64,000 nucleotides of DNA from an uncultured Candidatus Saccharibacteria bacterium (GTDB taxonomy: Bacteria > Patescibacteriota > Dojkabacteria > SC72), in contig CAZEQZ010000002.1 of assembly GCA_964514595.1 (NCBI GenBank), forward strand, positions 185,663 through 249,662. Direction: 5' to 3'. Below are positions 39,342-48,536 of the stretch, piece after piece (within the stretch, counting starts at the first letter, position 1; each line of letters starts with the position of its first letter). The notes below the pieces were generated by a model. It searched no databases. It saw nothing but the letters and a program-made list of their open reading frames with translations, and was not told the origin of the DNA. The translations under genes were made by a program, and so were the position numbers.

Positions 39342-42300
39342 TTATCTTACACTAGGATGCCAGTTACCTACACCCTTTATAACCCTTACGAAGTATGATC
39401 TTTGTTTTTCTATAGGAAAATCAAAGCCGTAGGTTTGAGCACTACCCTCTACAGAAGTATCTCTTTGAAAACCTTCATACGACCCCTTACTCTCTTGCCA
39501 CCTAGTAACATTATCTGCATCAAAATCTATACCTTTGTAGTTAGCTATGTCTTCTAATAATGATTTAGCTGTGTATGATTTAGCCTTAGAACCGTATACC
39601 CCTACTAAGTTCCATCCAGGAATTAGTAGTATGGGTGCAGAATCTCCTATTTGTTCATATTTTATTTCTTTACCAAAGAGAGAAACTCTTATATCCTTTT
39701 TAACATTTAACAGATATCCCTCACCTGGGAGTATCCTAAAGTCATTCTGATCATAGTTACCTGCATTAGCTCCAACTGAGATCCATTTACCATTTTCTAA
39801 TTTTGATATAGAGGAAACAGAATTACCAATGACACTGTTTAGATATTTAATAAGACCGGAAGCTTTATTTAATTCAGATCTTTCATTTATAAAAGGAAAG
39901 GATATCAAATTGAAACCTTTTTTAAGGTCATACCTGTATTCTCTTTGTATTGTAATAACCTCTAAGGTTTCAAAATCTTTACTTAGATTAGTATCTCCTG
40001 AGTCTATTATTCCGTTACCATTAGAGTCCAAGTATACATCAGCACCTTTTGAGTCTGTATCATTTATTATAGCTAAGTAATAATCACCATTTACATTGAA
40101 TATATGCACCCCTCTTCCTACCCTCTCCAAGATGTCTTCTTTTGTATTTATAATATATGACTCGAACTCCTCTGTCTCTTCAGCAAAAACTTTCCCTAAG
40201 ATACTAAATCCTTTGCTCTCAAAGCTTAAGCTTTTATCTTCATTTGTATTCTGAATACTACACCTAGTGTATCTCCCTGAGCCCGAGCCACATACTCCAA
40301 AGTCTTCTATATACGTTTTTATAGCAAAATTTCTATCTTGTGTTGCTTTCATACTCTCGTATTTTTCCTGAGTAATAGGGACCCACTCTTCCTCTGCTGT
40401 AAATTCGTTAATTAATATAGTGGCTACTACAACTCCCCCTACCACAAGAGCTGCTGTTCCCAATCCGACACCCGTTGTTGCCGCTGCTGCTTCTGTAGTT
40501 ATATATATTGTTGGCGCCTGACTAACCGCAAGAGCTGAAGTAGAAGTAGATGCGGCTGTGGTAGCTAGCGATGAGCCTGTGTATACTGTAAGTGCTTTGG
40601 TCCCTACGTAGGGGACAATAGGATACAAACTAGCAGAGGCATATGGCATATCATCAAGTATCTTCTGTATTTCAGGATCTGGTTCTTTTGCATTATTTTC
40701 TTTAAACTTTGCCCATAGTCGATCTACTGCACCTATACTATCACAGTGATAATACATACCTGTATCCGCATTATGATATAGAGTACCCGCTTGCCCATCA
40801 CATTCCTTTCCTGACAAATTGTCAGCCGGAGGGACTTGTAGAAAAGGCATTGCCTGAGCACCAGCTTCTGCATCTATACCAACCCCTTCATCTGGACTCA
40901 TAGAAATACCGTACTCATGTCCTTCGATCCCCCAACGTTTCGTTTCTCCATTACATTTAAGACTACCATCTATGGTAACATAGCCATCACTAAACCAACA
41001 TTTATATGTATAACTATAACAATCCCGTGTAGTACCTGTATTAAATCCTCCACATAGACCTCTACTGTCGGCTTCATCCGCCATTCTATCCCTTAATTCA
41101 TCTGTATATTTATCTTCCGTATCTGGATGTACTTTCACTCTTCCATCTGGGGTACATAAGCACATTTGTGCTGGACCGATGGGTTTTTGTTCATTTGCAC
41201 ACGCACAATCACACTCTTGACTATTACTATATCCACACATCCCCATGTGTCCACAAATATCACCTACACATGTACCTTGTACTCTATTAAAATTAATCTC
41301 ACAATCAGAAGTAAAAACGTCAAAGGTCCCAAGACCAGAAACATTAATTCTTTTACACATTGGAATATCTACCCCATCTATTTTTTTTGTACATGCGTCG
41401 TTAAAACAACTTCCCAGTTCACAACTAACTGAACCTTGCCCCCCACTTGTATCTCTTCCATTAGAACCTGCAAATATCTGTTCATTTATATCCGCATCTA
41501 TAGGGTCCGTACAAGAACCATCAAGCGGATCTAAACAATACCCACCATCATTACTAGGTTCAAATTTAGGAGTACAATCGGGATCCCCCCACCCCAATCT
41601 AGAATCACTACAAACTTCACATTGATTATTATCTCCTCCATCTGTATCCTCCGCACTCACTCCGAAAACAAAAGCTCTTAAATCTATACCATTGAAATCC
41701 TTATTTGTATTAACTACCTCCTTATTCTCTTTCCCAAAAGAATTACCCTCATATATGACACTCTCATCTAACTCATCATCCATTCTCATATCTATAGCCT
41801 TTGCAGGTGCCTTATTATATACATCTATCTCAGTACTCCATCTCCCTTTCCACGTATTCTCTATCGTTAACTTAAGTTTTATATATGTACCTTCATAATC
41901 CTTTACACTATCCCAAAAAGTTGTACCATCCTCCATATATGCATTCATAATATCTAAATACCATCCACCTTCTTCATTTGTAATAGATGAAATCATCTCA
42001 GATTCCACTTGATATATCTCTTCATATACCGTCGCATACACTATTGCATCAGAAGGCCTCTCATAGCCAACCACATCATCTACGTAGTACCTAACAACTC
42101 CATATGCTGGTTCAGGAGTCCTAATTTCCTCAATCTCTTTTCCTGTCTTAAAAGAGTATTCCCCAGTATTCTCAGAAGAAACCCTCTTAAACACATTCCC
42201 ATCCCCAATCATGAAATAGTACTCTTTATTAGATTCCAAACCTCGTATGGTAGCATGATGGACATAATATTCACCCATATCTGTAACTACTATATCGGTA

Positions 42301-42731
42301 AATATCTCCCCTGCATCCACACTACTACTTCCTTCCTCTGATACTTTCTCAGAATTCCTCTGTGCCTCATCTAATTCAGCCTTAGTATAGTCTCTATCAT
42401 CATATGCTAACAAAGAGTTTCCAATCTTGGGCATAAAGGGAAGAATAAAATTTCTCTCCTGATACATAACCATCCCAGGAGTTGGCTCTTCTGTAATCCA
42501 AGATACTGTTGCTGATCCTGCAGTCACATTACTAACCATTACCCTATATGGCACAAAAGAGGATGCCTTATACCATCCCCATATACCTATTCCTATAACG
42601 GCTACTAAACAAACAACTAATACAGGAATAATTACTTTAAGGAAATTAAACTTACCCTTTTCTTTAACCTCAACTTGCTGAACCTGCGGTTCTACGACTG
42701 AAGGAGGAGTCTCTTGATTACCTTCGTACAT
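39342..42731 (-). CDS. Giant (1129 aa) surface protein: N-terminal TM, PAP-N-type Fn3-like domain, long Cys-rich extracellular module, internal hydrophobic segment, C-terminal domain
   Basis: MVSNVTAGSATVSWITEEPTPGMVMYQE...YYVHHATIRGLESNKEYYFMIGDG is paralogous to the neighbouring 618-aa protein. More than 40 Cys lie between residues about 365-660. A TM-like GVGLGTAALVVGGVVVATIL segment follows. Confidence 0.5.
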   Translation of the reverse strand: MYEGNQETPPSVVEPQVQQVEVKEKGKFNFLKVIIPVLVVCLVAVIGIGIWGWYKASSFVPYRVMVSNVTAGSATVSWITEEPTPGMVMYQERNFILPFMPKIGNSLLAYDDRDYTKAELDEAQRNSEKVSEEGSSSVDAGEIFTDIVVTDMGEYYVHHATIRGLESNKEYYFMIGDGNVFKRVSSENTGEYSFKTGKEIEEIRTPEPAYGVVRYYVDDVVGYERPSDAIVYATVYEEIYQVESEMISSITNEEGGWYLDIMNAYMEDGTTFWDSVKDYEGTYIKLKLTIENTWKGRWSTEIDVYNKAPAKAIDMRMDDELDESVIYEGNSFGKENKEVVNTNKDFNGIDLRAFVFGVSAEDTDGGDNNQCEVCSDSRLGWGDPDCTPKFEPSNDGGYCLDPLDGSCTDPIDADINEQIFAGSNGRDTSGGQGSVSCELGSCFNDACTKKIDGVDIPMCKRINVSGLGTFDVFTSDCEINFNRVQGTCVGDICGHMGMCGYSNSQECDCACANEQKPIGPAQMCLCTPDGRVKVHPDTEDKYTDELRDRMADEADSRGLCGGFNTGTTRDCYSYTYKCWFSDGYVTIDGSLKCNGETKRWGIEGHEYGISMSPDEGVGIDAEAGAQAMPFLQVPPADNLSGKECDGQAGTLYHNADTGMYYHCDSIGAVDRLWAKFKENNAKEPDPEIQKILDDMPYASASLYPIVPYVGTKALTVYTGSSLATTAASTSTSALAVSQAPTIYITTEAAAATTGVGLGTAALVVGGVVVATILINEFTAEEEWVPITQEKYESMKATQDRNFAIKTYIEDFGVCGSGSGRYTRCSIQNTNEDKSLSFESKGFSILGKVFAEETEEFESYIINTKEDILERVGRGVHIFNVNGDYYLAIINDTDSKGADVYLDSNGNGIIDSGDTNLSKDFETLEVITIQREYRYDLKKGFNLISFPFINERSELNKASGLIKYLNSVIGNSVSSISKLENGKWISVGANAGNYDQNDFRILPGEGYLLNVKKDIRVSLFGKEIKYEQIGDSAPILLIPGWNLVGVYGSKAKSYTAKSLLEDIANYKGIDFDADNVTRWQESKGSYEGFQRDTSVEGSAQTYGFDFPIEKQRSYFVRVIKGVGNWHPSVR

Positions 42732-42802
42732 AGAAAATTTCTATCAAATTATTACTTAAAATTAACACAACAGACCTAAGAATACAAGCATTCTCTATAG
42801 CT

Positions 42803-43126
42803 CTACTTCTTCAAACCTGAGAAAAAATCTCCTACTATTGATATTGTACTACCTATCTTCTTAATGGGTATTAGTATAGCTTCATTTATCTTCCCAACAG
42901 TACCTTTTACTGTGGACACCATATCCTGCACATCATCTACTATGAGAGTAGCCTGTTCCATTATCTTGTTAGCATTCTTTATTATCTCTCTGGAATCTTT
43001 AACAGCATCCTTCGATTCCCTTATGAGCATAGCCAAATAGTATAGAACCAAGGAGAACATAATCGTAATGGCCGATACAATAATCATCCAAAATATCGCC
43101 GGTATTTCTGACATAGTAATAATCAT
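42803..43126 (-). CDS. Small membrane protein, DUF948-like (N-terminal TM plus coiled coil)
   Basis: A 107-aa protein. An N-terminal hydrophobic helix is followed by a charged helical segment (KDAVKDSREIIKNANKIMEQATLIVDDVQDMVSTVKG). Confidence 0.4.
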   Translation of the reverse strand: MIITMSEIPAIFWMIIVSAITIMFSLVLYYLAMLIRESKDAVKDSREIIKNANKIMEQATLIVDDVQDMVSTVKGTVGKINEAILIPIKKIGSTISIVGDFFSGLKK

Positions 43127-43196
43127 AAAAGTTTAATTTATACCTATATATAATAGAAAAATGATTAATATGTCAAATATAATGATATAATCACTA

Positions 43197-43934
43197 ATGC
43201 AAAAATTCTTTATTAGACACAAATTAAAGGTTGGAGATATAACTAACCTCTCTGATTCAGACAGTGAGATAGTTATTAAGGGAGGAAAACTCAACATAGA
43301 GGATATTGTGGAGATAGAGACATATGAAAAAATATTCTATGCACAAATAACTGACATTACGAAATCAAGTGTTGAGGTAGAGATTATAGAAGAGATCGGA
43401 GAAAGAAATAGTGAATATGTTCCTAGTATCACAATAATACAGTCACTGAGTCATGACAGTAAGTTTAACTATTTTATAGAAAAGAGTGTGGAAATTGGTA
43501 TAGAAAAAATAATACCTATACAATCTAAATACTCTCTAAAGACAAAAGCTAAAGCTATTAAAGATGTTGGATTTTGGAACAAGTTAGTAAAAGATGCAGT
43601 AGAACAATCCAGGAATATATTCCCCACTATAATTGAAAGACCCATTAGAATAGATGAACTCAAAGAATATACATTTCCAACGGATAGTATAAAGATATGT
43701 CTTAGTACAGAAACTGTGGACTCTAAATACCTTAATCAGATAGTTAAAAACATAGATCTGTCTAAACCAATATATATAGCCATAGGTCCTGAGAAAGGAT
43801 GGAGTTCATCTGACTTAAATGTATTTAAGGAATTAGACTTTAAATTTGTTAAATTAAGGGGAAATATCCTCAGAACAGAGACAACTGGTTTAGTTATTGG
43901 TAGTATACTTAAATATTTGAAAGGAGAGATATAG
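43197..43934 (+). CDS. rsmE: 16S rRNA (uracil1498-N3)-methyltransferase, RsmE family (SPOUT)
   Basis: C-terminal IYIAIGPEKGWSSSDL...LRGNILRTETTGLVIGSIL matches the RsmE knot region; N-terminal PUA-like domain. Confidence 0.8.
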   Translation: MQKFFIRHKLKVGDITNLSDSDSEIVIKGGKLNIEDIVEIETYEKIFYAQITDITKSSVEVEIIEEIGERNSEYVPSITIIQSLSHDSKFNYFIEKSVEIGIEKIIPIQSKYSLKTKAKAIKDVGFWNKLVKDAVEQSRNIFPTIIERPIRIDELKEYTFPTDSIKICLSTETVDSKYLNQIVKNIDLSKPIYIAIGPEKGWSSSDLNVFKELDFKFVKLRGNILRTETTGLVIGSILKYLKGEI

Positions 43935-44932
43935 TGAAAAAAAGAAGATCAAATTATAAACAATCTAGAAAGAAGGATTATAGTAAGCCAGACAGATTCT
44001 ATACTAAAGAAGATATATTCATATCTAGAATGGCCAGTATACTGATGCTTCCCAAATCTAAGATAGTGCCTCTATTCTCTCAGAGGTCCATAACAACCAT
44101 TAGATTAAATCCATTAAAAGGAGATGTTATTAGAATGAAAAATTCGTTAATCAAGAAGGGATACAATCTGGAAGAGATAAATGGTGTTGCTAATGCATAC
44201 TTTGTTTTAAATAAGGATAAGAGTGAGATATCACAAACTGATGAATATTTTAGTGGGAAATTCTACATACAAAATCTCTCTAGTATACTTCCTTCCATAC
44301 TACTAGATCCTAAGGAAGATGAAGTTATTTTGGATATGTGCGCTGCACCTGGTAGTAAAACTACTCACCTAGCTGCATTAATGAATAATAAAGGTGAGAT
44401 TATTGCAAATGATTCGGAAATGTCTAGGGTATCATCTTTAAAAAATGTACTTGAGCAATTTGGTGTAAAGAATACAAAGGTTGTAATGAGTGATGCTAGA
44501 GATTTTGGGAAGCAGTATCCTGCTACCTTTGATAAAGTATTATTGGATGCACCATGTAGTGGGGAGGGATTAATATATTTTAGAGGATCCAAACCATTGA
44601 GATTTTGGGGTATAGATAGAATAAAAAGATATACATTCCTACAAAGAGAGTTACTGGAGAGTGCATTTTTAGCATTAAAGCATGGGAAACATATGATCTA
44701 CTCCACATGTACATTAGAGCCAGAAGAGAATGAAGGAGTAGTTACATACCTATTAAACAAATATCCCAATGCCAGATTAGAGGAAATCAAAATGGACAAG
44801 GATATACAGTATGTAGGTGGCATAAGAAAATGGAGTGGTAATATATATGATCCTTCTATAAAGAAGAGTATACGTATACTACCAACAAGCAAGACTATGG
44901 CATTTTACATTGCTAAAATATTTAAGGAGTAG
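43934..44932 (+). CDS. rRNA cytosine-C5 methyltransferase, RsmB/NOL1/NOP2/Sun family
   Basis: DMCAAPGSKT (motif I), DAPCSGEG (motif IV with catalytic Cys), TCT (motif VI Cys). Confidence 0.85.
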   Translation: MKKRRSNYKQSRKKDYSKPDRFYTKEDIFISRMASILMLPKSKIVPLFSQRSITTIRLNPLKGDVIRMKNSLIKKGYNLEEINGVANAYFVLNKDKSEISQTDEYFSGKFYIQNLSSILPSILLDPKEDEVILDMCAAPGSKTTHLAALMNNKGEIIANDSEMSRVSSLKNVLEQFGVKNTKVVMSDARDFGKQYPATFDKVLLDAPCSGEGLIYFRGSKPLRFWGIDRIKRYTFLQRELLESAFLALKHGKHMIYSTCTLEPEENEGVVTYLLNKYPNARLEEIKMDKDIQYVGGIRKWSGNIYDPSIKKSIRILPTSKTMAFYIAKIFKE

Positions 44933-44940
44933 AAAAATTT

Positions 44941-45903
44941 TTATTCTTGAAAGCAATCCTCAATAATCTCAAGAAGATAACTCTTATCAATAGCTTCATC
45001 TTCTAAATACTCCTTCAGTTTTGTTATCTCTGATAGAGAAATATCTTTATCATCCAAATCATTACATGTCCTAATATTTGTAATAGAATCTCCATCCCAT
45101 ACTTCCCAAATTAATGGTTCAATATCTCCATTTAACTTACTTTTACTAAAATAAAATATGTTTCTTTCTGTGGATTGGTGATTAAAAGTAGTAAGTACTC
45201 TAATTTCACTTTCGTTTTCAAAAATATTAAATAATAAGATGTTGTTATCATCATCTACATCTATATAATGTGTTCTTTTAATAGATTCGGTTGGAAAAGA
45301 TTCAAATATTTTTGAATGTTCTTTCTCTATTTCTTCAATGGTTTCTGTTGTTCCAAGATAACCAAAATGGATATAATACTCTTCTGGAGAATCAGTATAA
45401 TAAGCCTTAATAATAAAATACATATCTGAGCCATTTTCCCAAACCTCCGAAACCTCATAGAATACCCCTCCACTATAAGGACTTAATATCTGACGTTTAG
45501 AATCTCTTTCAAAATCATTTTCTATTAAGATACTAGAGAGATTGTTGTATAAAGAATTTGACTTGCTATTATTTAATCCTTCTGAACTTCTTAACCATAA
45601 CATTTCTGAATATCTAACAATGAATCTAAAGCCATAGCTCTCATTGGCCCAATCAATTTTTTTATGACTTATTCCTTCATCTGAGTTTTTCCAGTTTGTT
45701 AGTTCGTAGACATCATCCATTAAATCCTCAGACGAATACTCTTTATTTAGTTCAGAGGAAAAGAAACTTTTGTAACAGAATATAGCAAGAAGAGAAAAGC
45801 CAACGAAGAACAGAACAAAGAATAACGTTTTCAGATATAATTTATTCTGAAAAACTGGTATCTTACTACCAATTTCTTCAGCCCATCTTCTTATAGTTTC
45901 CAT
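44941..45903 (-). CDS. Hypothetical membrane-anchored protein
   Basis: A 320-aa protein with one N-terminal TM (LFFVLFFVGFSLLAIFCY) and an acidic C-terminal half. Confidence 0.35.
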   Translation of the reverse strand: METIRRWAEEIGSKIPVFQNKLYLKTLFFVLFFVGFSLLAIFCYKSFFSSELNKEYSSEDLMDDVYELTNWKNSDEGISHKKIDWANESYGFRFIVRYSEMLWLRSSEGLNNSKSNSLYNNLSSILIENDFERDSKRQILSPYSGGVFYEVSEVWENGSDMYFIIKAYYTDSPEEYYIHFGYLGTTETIEEIEKEHSKIFESFPTESIKRTHYIDVDDDNNILLFNIFENESEIRVLTTFNHQSTERNIFYFSKSKLNGDIEPLIWEVWDGDSITNIRTCNDLDDKDISLSEITKLKEYLEDEAIDKSYLLEIIEDCFQE

Positions 45904-45919
45904 TGAGAGCGAGTATTAA

Positions 45920-45961
45920 ACTTAAGTAGCTTAAGTCCATAATACTACTTAAGTTTTTTTG
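45920..45961 (-). terminator. Inverted repeat ACTTAAGTAG-N15-CTACTTAAGT flanked by an A7/T7 tract; bidirectional-type terminator downstream of pnp
   Basis: Perfect 10-bp stem seen directly. A T7 run follows the stem on the plus strand, and the minus strand has TTTAAT after the stem. Confidence 0.4.
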
Positions 45962-45989
45962 ATACAACAAAGAAGAGATTACTCCACTA

Positions 45990-48071
45990 TTACTTCTCCA
46001 ATCCCTTTATACTAAGCTTTATCTTTCCCTGACTATCTACACCTACTACCTTTACTTTTATGATGTCTCCTTCATTGACATACTTTCTTACGTCCTTGAT
46101 AAATTCGTCCGCTATCTCGGATACATGAAGTAATCCTGCTACACCTGGTGCTAGATCTACAAATGCACCGTAGTTCATTATAGATGCAACCTTACCCTCA
46201 TATATCTCTCCGACCTCAGGTTTAAAATCGTATCCTGCTACTAACTTCTTAGCCATCTCTATAGATTCCTCCGATGAACTATATATATTTACAGTACCAT
46301 CCTCCTCTATCTCTAATTCTGCTCCTGTTCTCTCTGATATCTCACGGATATTTTTACCTCCTGGTCCAATTATTTCTCCTATCTTATCCTTTGGTACTTT
46401 AATCTGTACTACCCTGGGAGCATACTTAGACATATTTGTTCTGGGCTCTGCTATAGCCTCTGCCATTTTTTCTAATACCTTCAACCTTGCCTCTTTCGAT
46501 TGTTTAAATGTTTGTTCAACAATCTCCATACTCAAACCCTTCAATTTGGTATCCATCTGTACTGCTGTAACTCCATCTGTAGTACCTATGATTTTGAAAT
46601 CCATATCCCCGTAGAAATCCTCCACACCTTGCATATCAGTTAGAACCTTAAAGTTTCCTTTTTCATCCGTTACCAAACCACAAGCTATACCTCCTACTGC
46701 CTTCTTTATAGGGACTCCTGCTCCCATCAATGCCATTGTAGATCCACAGGCTGAAGCCATGGAACTTGATCCATTCTCTCCCTGTATTTCACTCATTACT
46801 AGCATTGTATATGGAAATTCTTCTTCTGATGGTATCACAGGCCAAAGACCTTTTTCTGCTAACATACCATGCCCTATGGCTCTTCTACTTGGCATTAATT
46901 TGACCCTATCTGCATCACCGTATGCAAATGGAAGATCATTATAGAAGTGCATATACCTTTGCTCTCTTTCCCCTTCCATATCATCTACTAATCTAACATC
47001 CCTAAGACTACCTAATGTAGCTATTGTCAATGTCTGTGTTACACCTCTGGTAAATAAAGCGGACCCGTGTACCCTAGGCAGAAGATCCATTTCTACTTCC
47101 ATCTCCCTAATCTCCTCCATTTTTCTTCCATCAGATCTAACATCTTCATTCATAACCAGTTTCCTTAATGCTTTCTTAAGTAATAAATCATACGCCTCAT
47201 TCATGTTAGTTTTAGAATATTTACCTTCAAACTTTTCATACAACTCCTTCTTAGCAATATCGTGAATAGTAGAGTCTGATGCTTGAAGATTTTCGGTAAT
47301 TCTTTTTTCAGTCAAAAATTCTTTTACCTTCTCTATCAACTCCTCTGGAGTAGTGATAGATTCGTATGACTTGTCCTTACTCTCTAATTTCTTTAAAAAA
47401 CTGCCCTGAGCATCCAACCACACCTTCATATATTTCAAAGACTCCTTCATACCCTCTATCATTTTCCCTTCTTCAACTTCATATGCCCCTGCGTCTATCA
47501 TGGTGAATGTTTGACCATCACCTGCTACTACATAATTCATTTTCTCCTCCTGTGATGTCAAATCCATAGATTTAAGGATATTTGTTGGAGAGTCATTTTC
47601 TAAACCAACCCTTACACCTGCTATTGGTCCCTCAAATGGAGACTTAGAATTCATCAAAGCAACAGATACTGCATTAATAGCCAATATCAAAGGATCATTC
47701 TCCACGTCATATGACATTACTGTAACTATTACACTTACCTCATTCTTATAATCATGGGGGAATCTTGGCCTAATAGCCCTATCTATCATCCTCGCTTTAA
47801 GTACTGCATCATCCGTAGGGAATCTCTCTCTTTTTACAAATCTAGACCCACTAATCTTTCCTGAAGCATAGAATTTTTCTATGTATTCTACTGAAAGAGG
47901 AAAATAATCAAACTCACCAGACGATGGTTTACTGTTTACATTAACTGTAATTACTGTATCACCCATTCTTGCTAATATGGATGACTCTGATCTGAGAGCT
48001 AATTTTCCTGTTTCAAAGGAACACTTTCTACCCTCTATTTCAAACTCATGTTTTATTTCTTTAAACAACAT
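45990..48071 (-). CDS. pnp: Polyribonucleotide nucleotidyltransferase (PNPase)
   Basis: Two RNase PH-like domains, then KH (GPGGKNIREI) and S1 domains at the C-terminus. Follows rpsO. Confidence 0.92.
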   Translation of the reverse strand: MLFKEIKHEFEIEGRKCSFETGKLALRSESSILARMGDTVITVNVNSKPSSGEFDYFPLSVEYIEKFYASGKISGSRFVKRERFPTDDAVLKARMIDRAIRPRFPHDYKNEVSVIVTVMSYDVENDPLILAINAVSVALMNSKSPFEGPIAGVRVGLENDSPTNILKSMDLTSQEEKMNYVVAGDGQTFTMIDAGAYEVEEGKMIEGMKESLKYMKVWLDAQGSFLKKLESKDKSYESITTPEELIEKVKEFLTEKRITENLQASDSTIHDIAKKELYEKFEGKYSKTNMNEAYDLLLKKALRKLVMNEDVRSDGRKMEEIREMEVEMDLLPRVHGSALFTRGVTQTLTIATLGSLRDVRLVDDMEGEREQRYMHFYNDLPFAYGDADRVKLMPSRRAIGHGMLAEKGLWPVIPSEEEFPYTMLVMSEIQGENGSSSMASACGSTMALMGAGVPIKKAVGGIACGLVTDEKGNFKVLTDMQGVEDFYGDMDFKIIGTTDGVTAVQMDTKLKGLSMEIVEQTFKQSKEARLKVLEKMAEAIAEPRTNMSKYAPRVVQIKVPKDKIGEIIGPGGKNIREISERTGAELEIEEDGTVNIYSSSEESIEMAKKLVAGYDFKPEVGEIYEGKVASIMNYGAFVDLAPGVAGLLHVSEIADEFIKDVRKYVNEGDIIKVKVVGVDSQGKIKLSIKGLEK

Positions 48072-48166
48072 TTAAATATATATTTATTAATTTAATTTTA
48101 AGATCAAAAAACTGATCTATTTATTTTAATTGGAAAGTTTTTACAAAGAAAGAGGGGAAGAGGATA

Positions 48167-48448
48167 TTATATCTTCAACTTTTTTGAAAAGGTCTCGTAT
48201 CTTTCTGGTTCGCTACTCTTTAAATACTGTATTAACCTTCTTCTTTTACCAACCATATTTAAAAGACCTCTTCTAGAGTGGTTATCTTTCTTGTGAGTTT
48301 TAAGATGTTCACTTAGATCATTTATCTGTTGGGAGAGTAGTGCAATTTGTACTTCTGGGGAACCTGTATCACCCTCGTGGAGGGCGAACTTATCTACAAT
48401 CTCAGACTTTGCTTCCTTGGTTAATGACATATTAGTATAGGTTAGCAT
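48167..48448 (-). CDS. rpsO: 30S ribosomal protein S15
   Basis: [38 protein letters not shown]. Confidence 0.92.
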   Translation of the reverse strand: MLTYTNMSLTKEAKSEIVDKFALHEGDTGSPEVQIALLSQQINDLSEHLKTHKKDNHSRRGLLNMVGKRRRLIQYLKSSEPERYETFSKKLKI

Positions 48449-48536
48449 TATATAATTACATAATCAAGAGAGAATCCAACAAAATGGAAACGATAGCTAT
48501 TGTATACTTTTATAGGACATCTGTCAAGCATAATGG

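Noticed and set aside
29860-43126. Interpretation as a complete type IV secretion/conjugation system
   Set aside because: A VirB6-like topology, a wall-binding protein and surface adhesins are present. But no VirB4/VirD4/VirB11 ATPase, relaxase or VirB8 with a recognisable motif occurs between the flanking core genes. It is kept only as a hypothesis within a broader finding.
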